The position numbers and the translations under genes are program-made. A DNA stretch of 64,000 nucleotides from Thermoplasmatota archaeon (GTDB lineage: Archaea; Thermoplasmatota; Penumbrarchaeia; Penumbrarchaeales; Penumbrarchaeaceae), in contig JBLIRH010000002.1 of the NCBI GenBank assembly GCA_049472215.1, forward strand, positions 23,815-87,814. Reading direction: 5' to 3'. The notes below the pieces were generated by a model that did no database searches, was not told the DNA's origin, and saw nothing but the letters and a program-made list of their open reading frames with translations. Shown in pieces: positions 45,968 to 56,274 of this stretch (within the stretch, counting starts at the first letter, position 1; each line of letters opens with the position of its first letter).

Positions 45968-48900
45968 CTAATCACCTTTGCGGTCCCTTCTGACACGGAA
46001 CGTGAAGAAGAGGTAGCCGCCGAGGCCGATCAGCGCTATCGCCGATACTATTGAGATAACTATTATCATCATGCGCTCACCGGAGGAGCGTCCACCATTG
46101 GAAACGATCCTGAACATATCCGAGATGTTCATCGTTCCACCATAGGTCCCGTTGAGGGTCTGGGCCTCTATCTCCAGAGCGATCAGGAGCTCTTCATCGA
46201 GTTTGAGACCTTCGGGCAGCTCTATCGTGATCCGTCCGTTCGACCTTGGTCCGATCATTATGTTCCTCTCTCCGGGAAGGGACATCGTCCCGACCTCGCC
46301 TGTGATCGTGAAACGAAGGATCAGGGGACTGTCGTTCTCGAGGGTTATCTCAAGATACGGTATCTCGGTGTCTATATTTCTTTCAGGTTCGGAGAAGACC
46401 GCCCTCCATGGCATATCGCCCCAGCCCCAGAGGGAGACAATAACATAGATCGTATCGAAGACAACATTACCTGCCCGGTCCTCAACTTTCAGGTCGATCC
46501 TGTGCTCCCCGGGGCTCAGGTCCCTTACCGTTCTCATTATCGACTGGGTGCTGATATGGATCACACCATCCTTGTCCGATGTCCATGTGACGTTCAATAT
46601 GTCGCCGTTTGGCATGTCAGGATCATACCCGGATGCCTCGAAGACGATCAGTGATCCCGGAAGAAGAACGCTTCCGTTCACCGGCTGAACGATGGAAACG
46701 TCTCGGGGAGGGTCTTCGACGGGCTCGACGATCACTCCGATAAGGTAGAATGCTTTCTCTTCGCCGTCCGATACGGAGATCTGAACATATCCTTCCCCCG
46801 CCTGGTCCTCCTCCGGCACTATCCAGAGGAGCCCGTCAGCGATCGTAGCCTTGAAGGGGAAGTATTCGGTGATGGCGAACATGAGCTCGTCCCCGTCTGG
46901 GTCCTCGAAATCATTCAAAAGGTCGCTGTACAAGGGACCTTCGTCCTCCACCATGTAAAGCACAAGTTCGCTGCCCCCGAAGATCGGCCTTTGATTGTTG
47001 TGGGCGGTGGTTCCGAAGATTATCCCGGACAGTTCGGACACGGGGCCGTCATCATCGACCGAGGCCATGACATATTCGTAGGTCGTGTTATCCGAAAGGC
47101 CCATGTCCTCATAGAACGGGACCGATCTGGAGAGCCTTGTTATCTCCTTGAAATCCTCATCCCCGGGATCCCTCCGATAGATGATATATCCCCAGATATC
47201 CTGGGTGAGAGGGGGGTCCCATTCGATGACAAGCGTGTTATTGCCGCGGGCCCTTGCCTCGATGTTCCTCGGGGGGCCGGGGGGTATGATGTCCACTGGG
47301 ATTCCCTTTATGATATCCGTACTATCCGAGGTCGATCCGGCATGATCAATGGAGACCATCCGGAACGAATACTCCTCACCGTTCTGGAGGCCCCTCACGA
47401 TGATGGCGTTGTCAGGATAGTAGACGATTATCGGATTGAATTCAGTCTGTCCCTTTTTCACGTAGATCAAGGCCCGGTACAGGTCCTCCCCTACCCAATC
47501 CCATTCCAGGGAGATGGCCTTGCCCTCGGGGATCGGTTCCAGCCTGAAGTTCCCCGGGGGGAGGGGTTTCTGGTCCACGTCCACCTGTGTAGTATTGCTC
47601 CACCCCTTCGATCCTACATCATTGTATGCCCTGACCCTGAAATACTGCGTGGTGTTCTCGTTCCCGTACACAGGCAAGAATGCATCCCGGGTGGACCAGG
47701 AAACGAGCTTCGATGAGAAATCCTTCGAGTTCGAACGCTGTACGATATATCTAGATCCTTCATCCGTCCAGCTGAGGTCCACCCTGTCAGATCCCCTCTC
47801 GTAACTGGATCCCAATTTTGGTATGTCCGGCATATCCCAGTACCTGTCCATCATGAGGGGGTAGGGATCACGTGCAAGAAAGGGGATGTCGGTATCTCCG
47901 ATGCCGTCACCCGGCTTTCGACCGTTGGAGCCGTCATCTTCTCCGGTGTATGAATCGTAATAATTGCCCTCGAGGGAAGTGGAGTTGTACCAGGTGGAGA
48001 GGGGGGGGCCGGTTGCCACCTTCTCGTTGTCGATGAAGGAGTTGTAGAATATCCGGGAATCCTCGCCCTCGTCGATCGCCTCCTTGTTACCTATGAACCT
48101 GCTGCGGGTGATGATGGAGTTGAACGGGTCTTCAAGTCCCTTGTCGCAATCGATGAACTCGGAATCCCTGACGACGCCGTTCGAGAGGTCCTTCACCGTC
48201 ACCATGTTCCTGAATGTGCTTCCGTGGATGGTCGATGTACTGGTGGAGGAAAGCTCAATTCGCCCCCCCTCTACCTGCGTATCTATCAAAGATAGATTCT
48301 GTGAAGATACCAATTGAATTGAATTATTGATGAGCCTGGAATCAATTAAAGTGACCTTGTCGATCCTGACATCCAATCCCACGGTACAATTCGATACGGA
48401 AAAGCTCTTGTAGACATTCCTGCCCAGCAGTATCGCACCCTTGCCGTAGTTGGATATCGAGACCCTGGTCATCGGCGTTGAGTAAAAGGGGATTATCGCG
48501 GTTCCCGTTCCGCTGCCCTTCATATCCAACCCATCTATCGCCGACCCCCATTCCATGTTCTTAATTGTGCAGTTCAACATTCGCACATCTTCGAATTCCA
48601 GCTTTCCCCATGTGAGATCGAAACCTTGGATGTAGGAGCGGTTGATGGTAAGGGAGGATGGCACATTCCTTACACCCTGAAGAGCGATCGTTGACGAGGG
48701 GGCCCCAGACGGCAAGAACAATATGCGGGAGCTGTCATCGGGGGTGTCAGCATCGCCGTCGAGATCGGTCGCGTTGAGATACCCATAGTTCAGTATCCCG
48801 ACATCTTTCATCATAAGAGAGGAATTTATCAGGGAAATATGGCCGCCGTTCGTGATACCGATATTCTCAACGACCACCGTTGAGTTCTTGATCGTGAGGT

Positions 48901-49105
48901 GATCGATCACTCCGATACCCTGACCGCAAAGAACCGATAGGTTCTCCCAGGTGACCGGGCCGGTCGATGCATTCACCATGAAGGTTTCGTTGAACTCGAG
49001 ATCGTATCCCGACCATGTTCGTCCCTGTACCGAACCCGTTGGTTCTAACTGGGGGACCGAAACCAGCAGAATGAGGGATAACAGCACTATACGAACTCTT
49101 TCCAC
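45968..49105 (-). CDS. Large membrane-anchored extracellular protein with beta-helix, fibronectin III and cadherin/PKD-like domains
   Basis: Signal-like N-terminus; FnIII-like units (PGNFRLEPIPEGKAISLEWDW...YRALIYV); C-terminal TM MMIIVISIVSAIALIGLGGYLFFTFRV. Confidence 0.8.
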   Translation of the reverse strand: MERVRIVLLSLILLVSVPQLEPTGSVQGRTWSGYDLEFNETFMVNASTGPVTWENLSVLCGQGIGVIDHLTIKNSTVVVENIGITNGGHISLINSSLMMKDVGILNYGYLNATDLDGDADTPDDSSRILFLPSGAPSSTIALQGVRNVPSSLTINRSYIQGFDLTWGKLEFEDVRMLNCTIKNMEWGSAIDGLDMKGSGTGTAIIPFYSTPMTRVSISNYGKGAILLGRNVYKSFSVSNCTVGLDVRIDKVTLIDSRLINNSIQLVSSQNLSLIDTQVEGGRIELSSTSTSTIHGSTFRNMVTVKDLSNGVVRDSEFIDCDKGLEDPFNSIITRSRFIGNKEAIDEGEDSRIFYNSFIDNEKVATGPPLSTWYNSTSLEGNYYDSYTGEDDGSNGRKPGDGIGDTDIPFLARDPYPLMMDRYWDMPDIPKLGSSYERGSDRVDLSWTDEGSRYIVQRSNSKDFSSKLVSWSTRDAFLPVYGNENTTQYFRVRAYNDVGSKGWSNTTQVDVDQKPLPPGNFRLEPIPEGKAISLEWDWVGEDLYRALIYVKKGQTEFNPIIVYYPDNAIIVRGLQNGEEYSFRMVSIDHAGSTSDSTDIIKGIPVDIIPPGPPRNIEARARGNNTLVIEWDPPLTQDIWGYIIYRRDPGDEDFKEITRLSRSVPFYEDMGLSDNTTYEYVMASVDDDGPVSELSGIIFGTTAHNNQRPIFGGSELVLYMVEDEGPLYSDLLNDFEDPDGDELMFAITEYFPFKATIADGLLWIVPEEDQAGEGYVQISVSDGEEKAFYLIGVIVEPVEDPPRDVSIVQPVNGSVLLPGSLIVFEASGYDPDMPNGDILNVTWTSDKDGVIHISTQSIMRTVRDLSPGEHRIDLKVEDRAGNVVFDTIYVIVSLWGWGDMPWRAVFSEPERNIDTEIPYLEITLENDSPLILRFTITGEVGTMSLPGERNIMIGPRSNGRITIELPEGLKLDEELLIALEIEAQTLNGTYGGTMNISDMFRIVSNGGRSSGERMMIIVISIVSAIALIGLGGYLFFTFRVRRDRKGD

Positions 49106-49147
49106 GGTGAATGGACCTATTTATCCCGATTTATTATTTGTGGTAGG

Positions 49148-49495
49148 TCATCTCGTCAGGGGCCCAGTGAGCGACCTTCCCAGGTCGGTGATGGAGTATA
49201 TGATGTTCTTGCCATTCCTCTCCCCCGAGATCACTCCCGCCTTTTCGAGCTTCTTCAGGTGGAACGAAAGAAGGTTCGGTGCCATTCCGGTGAGTTCCGA
49301 AAGCTCCGATGGGGTAAGGGGAGAGAAATTGAGGTAGTAGAGGACCTCTATCCTGTTGCTGGAGGACAGGACGGAGTACATCTTTCCCAGCCTCTTCAGG
49401 ACCTGTGTGCCGGGTCTCAGCTTCTTCAGACCTTCAAGCCCCCCTAACTCCTCGAGGTCTGGGTCAAAGCCCTCGGGGGGTCCTTCGTCTCCCAT
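49148..49495 (-). CDS. ArsR-type winged HTH regulator
   Basis: MYSVLSSSNRIEVLYYLNFSPLTPSELSELTGMAPNLLSFHLKKLEKAGVISGERNGKNIIYSITDLG. Confidence 0.75.
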   Translation of the reverse strand: MGDEGPPEGFDPDLEELGGLEGLKKLRPGTQVLKRLGKMYSVLSSSNRIEVLYYLNFSPLTPSELSELTGMAPNLLSFHLKKLEKAGVISGERNGKNIIYSITDLGRSLTGPLTR

Positions 49496-49529
49496 GTTCC
49501 ATAATACCCGTTCTGTTTATTCAAAACTA

Positions 49530-50993
49530 TCATGGACCGGGAGTGGGTTTTCTACCCCTTCTTCCCGAGATCATAAGGACGGCGAAAAGTAAGACCATTA
49601 TTGTCCCGGCCGAACAACCAACGATCAGCCAGAAACCATTTCCGGGGCCTTCTTTCTTGTTCTGGTCAGGTTCGACCGGAACATCATCGTCGACAGCGTC
49701 CCCCTTATCGAATGCCACTGGGTATTCGTCCGTGGCATTCGCGATACCGTCGATGATATAGGGGTCGTCAACGATGCTGTCGTTGTCATGATCCGGGCCC
49801 CAGTGGTCGGACCAGAGGTTCCCTTCGGTCCCTTCGTACCAGCTGTTGGACTCCCCGTTGTCCATAGCCTGGAAACCCTTCGGGCCGTTATCGTAGAATC
49901 TATTTGCATAGACCATGTTATGCCTGGATGGAGGACCCCTCCCCAGCCATGTGTCGATGGTGACAGCATGCCACGTTCCGTTGGAGAAAACGTTATGATG
50001 GACCATCGCTCCATCGGTCGAATCGAGGTACACGGCGTTCTCGTTCCCTTCGAAGTCCGAACCGGTTATTGCGATGCCGCTGGAATCGCTCAGGAACACA
50101 CCATATGTGTTCTTGTAGAAATTGCATTTCGATATGATAGAATCTGATGCAGCGGAGAGCTGGATGCCGTTGGTGTTGTAACGGATCGAGGTCTCCTCGA
50201 TCGAGGAGTTGGCGATACTCATCATGAATATGCCGTTGTTGTTCGTATCTATGTAGGACCTCGCTATCCTTATCCCGCTGGAAACGATCGACCCGTTCGA
50301 GGTCTCAGAAATTATTCCGAAGCCGTAGTTCAAGGTTGTAGTAGTGTCTATTATTTCCACCTCGCTGGAATCGACCAGATGTATTCCGGCTGTGAGTCCC
50401 AATATGGCTGTGTTCGATTCTGCTATAACGCTGCTGATGGTCACGTTACGGGACATGTTCACCAATATCCCGTTCTCCACGTTGACCTTGCAGAGGACCC
50501 TTTCTATGGAAATGCTCCTGCCCTGGACATATACCCCATCGTAGGAGCCGAAGAAACCCGAATCACCGATCCAGATGCCTGAACAGTTTCGGACCTCGAC
50601 CCCCCTAGTGCAGTAATATGTCGCCACGTTCCTGACCCTGACATTGGTGGAGTTCTCGATAAGGATGCCCGGGTGCTTTGGGAGTTTCCCGTTCACGAAA
50701 AGGTTGTAATCCACCACCACGTGTCTTGTAGAGTTCCTGATGACCACCCCCGGGGAGGTCGTGGTATTGAACCAGAAACCGGAGATCAAGTACGGATCGT
50801 CCAAGGTTCCGTTGCCGGTCACTCCCTCAGGAAGCTCCCCTGTGAAATTTGAATCGTTGATATGGATAGGGCCGTGGAGCTTCAATAATGGACCCTCGTC
50901 ATCCTGTCCGGAAACGATGCCATGGAACGATAGGATGATAACCAATGAGAACAAGGCCAGCAGAGATCTAGAAAGTTTGCCCATTGATCGCAC
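49530..50993 (-). CDS. NosD-like secreted right-handed beta-helix protein with C-terminal TM
   Basis: GTLDDPYLISGFWFNTTTSPGVVIRNSTRHVVVDYNLF...; WLIVGCSAGTIMVLLFAVLMISGRR. Confidence 0.8.
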   Translation of the reverse strand: MRSMGKLSRSLLALFSLVIILSFHGIVSGQDDEGPLLKLHGPIHINDSNFTGELPEGVTGNGTLDDPYLISGFWFNTTTSPGVVIRNSTRHVVVDYNLFVNGKLPKHPGILIENSTNVRVRNVATYYCTRGVEVRNCSGIWIGDSGFFGSYDGVYVQGRSISIERVLCKVNVENGILVNMSRNVTISSVIAESNTAILGLTAGIHLVDSSEVEIIDTTTTLNYGFGIISETSNGSIVSSGIRIARSYIDTNNNGIFMMSIANSSIEETSIRYNTNGIQLSAASDSIISKCNFYKNTYGVFLSDSSGIAITGSDFEGNENAVYLDSTDGAMVHHNVFSNGTWHAVTIDTWLGRGPPSRHNMVYANRFYDNGPKGFQAMDNGESNSWYEGTEGNLWSDHWGPDHDNDSIVDDPYIIDGIANATDEYPVAFDKGDAVDDDVPVEPDQNKKEGPGNGFWLIVGCSAGTIMVLLFAVLMISGRRGRKPTPGP

Positions 50994-51112
50994 TTCCCGG
51001 TTCGGTCCGATCGACCACTCTCTTTGATGATATCCTTTTCGGTGGCGTCCTGAAACTCATCGGAAAAGAATATTTGGTATCTCCAATATCAGGGTGCAAA
51101 GGGAGTATTTCA

Positions 51113-51361
51113 ATGACCGAGAAGAAATCCTACAAGGTCTCAGGTGACGACCTGTTGAAGAAGATCGACGACATCATAAAGGAGGGGAACGCCCGAAGGA
51201 TCAGGATAATCCACGAAGGAAAACCGCTTGTGGATATTCCACTATCTGTCGGGATCGGTGTCGGTGCGATAACAGTGCTGACCGCTCCTGTACTGGCGGC
51301 GGTCGGGGCCATCGCTGCGCTGGTTGCCGAAGTGACCATAGAAGTGGAGAAAGTAGAGTAG
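51113..51361 (+). CDS. DUF4342-type protein
   Basis: MTEKKSYKVSGDDLLKKIDDIIKEGNARRIRIIHEGKPLVDIPLSVGIGVGAITVLTAPVLAAVGAIAALVAEVTIEVEK; track start 50984 is too early. Confidence 0.65.
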   Translation: MTEKKSYKVSGDDLLKKIDDIIKEGNARRIRIIHEGKPLVDIPLSVGIGVGAITVLTAPVLAAVGAIAALVAEVTIEVEKVE

Positions 51362-51372
51362 AAATATACCTA

Positions 51373-52218
51373 TCAAACCTGGTCCATGCTTCTCAATGCA
51401 GTGTGGAGAAGGACGCTCATAGATGACTTCCAGGCTTTTTCAGCATGCCTTTCAATGGTAAGTTTCAGTGCGTCGCGGGAAACCTTGAAATCGATATCCT
51501 TGAACTTCACATCCATCAGGACCAGACCGATCGGCGGCAAAGGCTTCACCTTGCCTCTGAGCGTCTCCACGTCCCCTTCCCTCTCTTTCAGGAGGACCTC
51601 GAGATCGACATTTTCGAGATCGCCCTTGACGACGCTCAGAGCCGCTCCGACCATCCTCCTTATCTGGTTCCATAAGAACCTGGAGCCCACCACATCCACG
51701 ATGACAAGCTCCCCCCTTCCGGACAGGTCGAAGGCCCTGGCGCTTTCGACGACGGTCACAGGGTTCTTCTCCTCCTCCAGTTTGCATAGGTACGAGAAAT
51801 CGTGCTCCCCCTCGAACAGGGAGAGGACCCTGTTGAATTCCTCCATATCCTCCACTTGAACGGTTCCAGGTGGCAGATGGTAGCGGTACCATCTCGATGA
51901 CGCCCATCTGATGTTCTGCTCCGGTCTGGGAGCCCCCCATCCCCAGCACCAGATATCGGTCAGATTGGCGTTCAGGGCCCTTAGCAGTTCATCGGGGTCC
52001 ATTCCGGTTTCCAGGGAGAATACGTTTCCAAGGGCTGATACACCGGCATCGGTCCTCGAAGAGAACCTGATCGGCCATTCCGACCATTCGATGTCCGGAC
52101 ACACCTTCCTAAGAGCGATTGCAATGCTCCCCTCGACCGAGAGCGGATCGTCGTCCCCCTGCCGCTGGGAGCCGTGGAAGGATGACCCGTCATAGGCAAC
52201 CTTTACCGCCAGATGCAT
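51373..52218 (-). CDS. truA: tRNA pseudouridine(38-40) synthase TruA
   Basis: MHLAVKVAYDGSSFHGSQRQ...RFSSRTDAGVSALGNVF; internal ATG 52218 preferred. Confidence 0.85.
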   Translation of the reverse strand: MHLAVKVAYDGSSFHGSQRQGDDDPLSVEGSIAIALRKVCPDIEWSEWPIRFSSRTDAGVSALGNVFSLETGMDPDELLRALNANLTDIWCWGWGAPRPEQNIRWASSRWYRYHLPPGTVQVEDMEEFNRVLSLFEGEHDFSYLCKLEEEKNPVTVVESARAFDLSGRGELVIVDVVGSRFLWNQIRRMVGAALSVVKGDLENVDLEVLLKEREGDVETLRGKVKPLPPIGLVLMDVKFKDIDFKVSRDALKLTIERHAEKAWKSSMSVLLHTALRSMDQV

Positions 52219-52270
52219 GCTCCCGTATCCCACCGGAAACAAATATAGCTTTACACTGTATCGCAGGGGC

Positions 52271-53011
52271 GTGAAAGATAACAGGGGGGGGGAACGACCC
52301 GAGTTCATCCCTGTGCTGGTCGCTCCTCTCTATCAGGGCAACATCGGCTCCGTTGCCAGGTTGTGCAGGAACTTCGGAATGAAGGAGATGGCCATGGTAG
52401 ATCCCCCTGAGATAGGCGACGAGGCAATTGCCTATTCCATGCACGGCAAGGATATTCTCCTATCGCATCGGACCTTCGCCTCCCTGGAAGAAGCTTCCGA
52501 TGAGTTCGATCATTTGGTGGGGACCTCCGGCATCTCGGATTCGGGAGAGAAATGCTATCAAAGGAACCCCCTCACACTTGAGGAACTGGTCAGATGGACC
52601 GGGTCTGTCCGCGGCAGGATCGGGATCGTTTTCGGGAGGGAGGACAAGGGCCTTGTGAAGGAAGAGCTCGAGCTCTGCGATATCCTCGTTACGATCCCGG
52701 CTTCCCCGGATTATCCCATATTGAACCTCTCTCATGCGGCAGCCGTGGTCTTCTACGAGCTTTGGAAAGGCCTGAACCGTACAAATTGGAGGAACTCCCC
52801 CACCATCACGCGCCTTGAGAAGAACGTGCTCCTGGAGCATTACGAGAGGCTCATGGAGGTTTCAAAGGTTCCTGAGCATAAAAGGCCCATCGCTCGAACC
52901 AATTTTCGAAGGATGATCGCAAGAGCGGCCCCCAGCCAGAGGGAGTTCAACTCCCTGATGGGAACGTTCTCAAGGGCCATGGATTACAAAAGGAAGAAGA
53001 AGGTTGAATGA
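52271..53011 (+). CDS. SPOUT tRNA/rRNA 2'-O-methyltransferase (TrmJ-like)
   Basis: VAPLYQGNIGSVARLCRNFGM...IGIVFGREDKGLVKEEL...YPILNLSHAAAVVFYEL; start GTG 52271 proposed instead of ATG 52217, which overlaps the truA start. Confidence 0.8.
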   Translation: MKDNRGGERPEFIPVLVAPLYQGNIGSVARLCRNFGMKEMAMVDPPEIGDEAIAYSMHGKDILLSHRTFASLEEASDEFDHLVGTSGISDSGEKCYQRNPLTLEELVRWTGSVRGRIGIVFGREDKGLVKEELELCDILVTIPASPDYPILNLSHAAAVVFYELWKGLNRTNWRNSPTITRLEKNVLLEHYERLMEVSKVPEHKRPIARTNFRRMIARAAPSQREFNSLMGTFSRAMDYKRKKKVE

Positions 53012-55570
53012 TCATCTTCTGTCGACCGGCTGGAACCTGGGAGCGGACTGCGGCGGAGCGCCGCCGCCCCCGTAAGAGTACTGCACCGGATACTGTGTTT
53101 GTCTCGGAGGTTCCCTCTTCCTCCTGGACCTGGATATCATGAACCCGGACAGGGCCAGAAGAATGAATACCAGGAGAATTACCAGGAATATGATGGCTGT
53201 CGGACCTATGCCTGTCTGCCTTCCCTTGACATCCGTGGAGGAGGATGGTATGTCGATGATCAGCTGAACGGTGGCAGTATCGGTCCCGCCTCCGTAATCG
53301 TATACGGTCACCTGGATCTGGTAGGTGCCGTTCTCGAGATCGGTGACAGACGGAAGCTCAAGGGTGAACTCCAGATCGTCAGCGGCAACATCCGGGTCCA
53401 CGCCGTCGTTCAGCATCTCGATCCCCGAGCCGCCGCCGATGGACCTCAGATCGGCAATGACGATCTCGATGTCACCGAGGCCGTCGGGGTCCTCTATGAG
53501 CGCGTAGAGTATGATCCGCTCTCCGGAGGTGTTCGAATTGATAACCCCTGGCTCCACCGATACGAGGCTGATGACCGGCGGGGAGTTGATCGACTCCTCC
53601 CTCACATCGATCTCCAGCGACCTCGAATCGGTGCCCCCTTTGCCATCCAGGACGGTCACGGTAACCCTGTCCATCACGGGCTGGGAGGGGGCCTGGTAGA
53701 TCACCTCGTCCCCGGTTCCCTCGATCGTTCCCCTTTCGGCATCGTAATCGTACTCGAGTTCGTCCCCGTCCTGATCTATTGCGACGACCCGGAGGTTGGT
53801 GGTCCCATCGACCGTGAGCACGTTCTTGCCGGCCTTGAACGAGGTGATCACCGGGGGTCTGTTCGGGAGACCCTCCTGGACCATGACGAAGGTGGAGGCC
53901 GTATCCCTGCCTCCGGAAGGGTCCGAAACGGCCAGATTGAAGTAATATTTTCCGGGTTCGGAGGGTGCTTTCCAATCCCACAGGGGGCCTTCCCCTGTCA
54001 GTGTACCGTCGTCCACCGTCAAAGAATATGTAAGCGGCTCCTCGTCGATATCGGCTGCGACGGCCCTCACCCTGCAGGTGGATCCCGCAGTCGTAACATT
54101 GGGTTCGACGGCGAAATACGTTATCTCGGGCCTGTGATTGACGGGGACATAGGTCAATGACGTCTTCACCGCGTTGTAAGCGTCCAGCATTCCATAGCCA
54201 TACTGGGTATTATAAGTTGGAGAAAGGTCCCTGTCATAGGGCTCTCCCCTGGCCTCGGACGTCTGATGAAGTATCATCGAGATGTGGTTGGTCCTGTCCG
54301 TAGGTGCCAGAGAGGACTTTGCCTGAAGCATCAGTGCAACCGTTCCCGAAACATGTGGCGTCGCATAGGAGGTCCCGGACCCGGTCGACCATCCGCTGGC
54401 CCCCTGGAGCCGCGAAGTCCTGGAGGATGAAGCGAAGGATATTCCTACACCCGGGGCAACGACATCGGGCCTCATCTCGTCATAGGGATTGGTGTCTCCG
54501 TCATCGGTCCTCGGTCCGTAGGTTGAAGAGGCCCAGTACTCGTCATCGGACCTGTCGATCGTGTCCTGGTCGCTCACCGCCCCCACGACTATCGACCGGT
54601 CCGCCCAGGTCGTTCCCGCACCGGATGCGTACTGGGACCCTGAATTTCCCGCTCCCTGGACCACGACGATCCCCTGCACGGTAAGCTCGTCCATTGCCTG
54701 CACTACAGCACCATTATTGTTTCCCACACCGAGGCTCAATGATACTATGTCGACACCTGTGTAACCCGTGTCGCCCCAAACGGTCTCCCTGTTGTCCGAG
54801 CACCATTGGAAGGCATCCATGAGGCTGTTCTGGTTGAGGGTGATGCCGCTCTGGCCTATTATCTTGATATCGATAAGGCCCGCTGCGGGCGCCACCCCTT
54901 TATGGGACCCGTCCGCGTCACCCCTCCCAAGGGCGATCGAAGCGACCCCGGTCCCGTGCCCCGTCCTGTCGTCCGGATCGAAGCTTCCGTCGTCGGGATT
55001 GAGGGGGGTGTTAATCGGTGCTGTAAAATCGACCCCGGCCACGAAGGCGTCCTGGAATGTTGGATGCTCGTTATCGACACCAGTATCCAGGACCGCAATG
55101 GTGACTCCTCTTCCGGTCATCCCGAGTTCCCTGGCGGTCCTCGGGCTGTACTCGTCTGACGGATTCGCCTTTATCGCCGCTGTGGAAACGTCCATCAACG
55201 TTCTGACAGTATCCTGCTTCTCGATCCTGACGATACCTGGTATTGATAATGTCGATTCCAGTTCTTCGAATGAATCATATCTGACCGAGATCACCGGAAC
55301 GATGTCATAGGCGTTCCATACCTCGCCTCCCTTCAAGGTGATGGCTTCGGATGCTCCCTCGATATATGACCGGTCTCGAAAATGAACAAATGTCCAGGCC
55401 GGATAGGTTGCTATATATTGATTGCTGAGCTCCATGTCGATATCGATGATGCGAAGGCCGGGGAAGAGATTGGAACTTTCATCATTTCTACCCGATACGT
55501 GGAGAAGACCCGCCATGCTGAGCATCATCACGAAAAGGATCGGCATCACGAACTTCCTTGCACCGGACAT
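53012..55570 (-). CDS. Subtilisin-like serine protease (S8), membrane-anchored with Ig-like domains
   Basis: Asp: TIAVLDTGVDNEHP; His: DRTGHGTGVASIALG; Ser: GSGTSYATPHVSGTVALML; C-term TM PTAIIFLVILLVFILLALSGFMIS. Confidence 0.9.
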   Translation of the reverse strand: MSGARKFVMPILFVMMLSMAGLLHVSGRNDESSNLFPGLRIIDIDMELSNQYIATYPAWTFVHFRDRSYIEGASEAITLKGGEVWNAYDIVPVISVRYDSFEELESTLSIPGIVRIEKQDTVRTLMDVSTAAIKANPSDEYSPRTARELGMTGRGVTIAVLDTGVDNEHPTFQDAFVAGVDFTAPINTPLNPDDGSFDPDDRTGHGTGVASIALGRGDADGSHKGVAPAAGLIDIKIIGQSGITLNQNSLMDAFQWCSDNRETVWGDTGYTGVDIVSLSLGVGNNNGAVVQAMDELTVQGIVVVQGAGNSGSQYASGAGTTWADRSIVVGAVSDQDTIDRSDDEYWASSTYGPRTDDGDTNPYDEMRPDVVAPGVGISFASSSRTSRLQGASGWSTGSGTSYATPHVSGTVALMLQAKSSLAPTDRTNHISMILHQTSEARGEPYDRDLSPTYNTQYGYGMLDAYNAVKTSLTYVPVNHRPEITYFAVEPNVTTAGSTCRVRAVAADIDEEPLTYSLTVDDGTLTGEGPLWDWKAPSEPGKYYFNLAVSDPSGGRDTASTFVMVQEGLPNRPPVITSFKAGKNVLTVDGTTNLRVVAIDQDGDELEYDYDAERGTIEGTGDEVIYQAPSQPVMDRVTVTVLDGKGGTDSRSLEIDVREESINSPPVISLVSVEPGVINSNTSGERIILYALIEDPDGLGDIEIVIADLRSIGGGSGIEMLNDGVDPDVAADDLEFTLELPSVTDLENGTYQIQVTVYDYGGGTDTATVQLIIDIPSSSTDVKGRQTGIGPTAIIFLVILLVFILLALSGFMISRSRRKREPPRQTQYPVQYSYGGGGAPPQSAPRFQPVDRR

Positions 55571-55617
55571 TATCTCACCTTGTCGAACGGGAGTGAAATT
55601 GATTTCACGGACTGTGA

Positions 55618-56160
55618 TCAGGAAAGATATTCCGGTTCCACCACCAGCGAACGCAGTTTCAGAACCTTGTTCGGGCTCAGCCCGATGTAAGTGTCCCCGA
55701 ATATCCCACCCTCAACCTCCAGCGGATAGGTTATCACCTGTGATCTCACAGGTTCGTCCTCCACCCTCTTCACAGGCTCCGCGGGTTTTGCAGGTTCCGG
55801 TACCTTGGCCACCGGTTTGAACTTGGCCTGGGAGACCGGAGCAGGTGGCACTGCCGGAGCCCTGGGACCCGGTGCCTTGGGCTGGACCGTTTCCAGGGGC
55901 TTTGGCTTCGATATTAGAGAGTAGGCTATGATGAGCGCGAGCGCCAGGAAAAGGACGACCGCCCCCACCAGCCTCCAGAGAGGTGGGAAGATCGGATCGA
56001 ACTCATCGGCCAGCAGGGACACGAACTTGGGCCCGATTATGAATATCCCCAGATACGCCACATAAAGCAGCAGGGCGAATATCGGGAACATCGGGAAACT
56101 GCCTTTGCCGGGGGGAGGCGGGCTCCCCTGGACCGGAGTGAACTTCGCGGGCACAGCCAT
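55618..56160 (-). CDS. Membrane protein with Pro-rich cytoplasmic linker
   Basis: MFPIFALLLYVAYLGIFIIGPKFVSLL, LWRLVGAVVLFLALALIIAYSLI, PKAPGPRAPAVPPAPVSQAKFKP. Confidence 0.55.
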   Translation of the reverse strand: MAVPAKFTPVQGSPPPPGKGSFPMFPIFALLLYVAYLGIFIIGPKFVSLLADEFDPIFPPLWRLVGAVVLFLALALIIAYSLISKPKPLETVQPKAPGPRAPAVPPAPVSQAKFKPVAKVPEPAKPAEPVKRVEDEPVRSQVITYPLEVEGGIFGDTYIGLSPNKVLKLRSLVVEPEYLS

Positions 56161-56274
56161 GTCAAACGAGGTTAATGGAGCCTGTCTTTAAAATGTTTGC
56201 CTTTTAACTGGATAGCTAGGCCTCTCCCCTGCCCATCGAGAAAGATTATATGCACCGGGCTGTTTCGTGGAACG

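Noticed and set aside
46991-47716. 241-aa plus-strand ORF (MIVVGGGSEDYPG...)
   Set aside because: Antisense to the FnIII-like region of the 1045-aa surface protein; no recognizable family despite the GGG-rich start.
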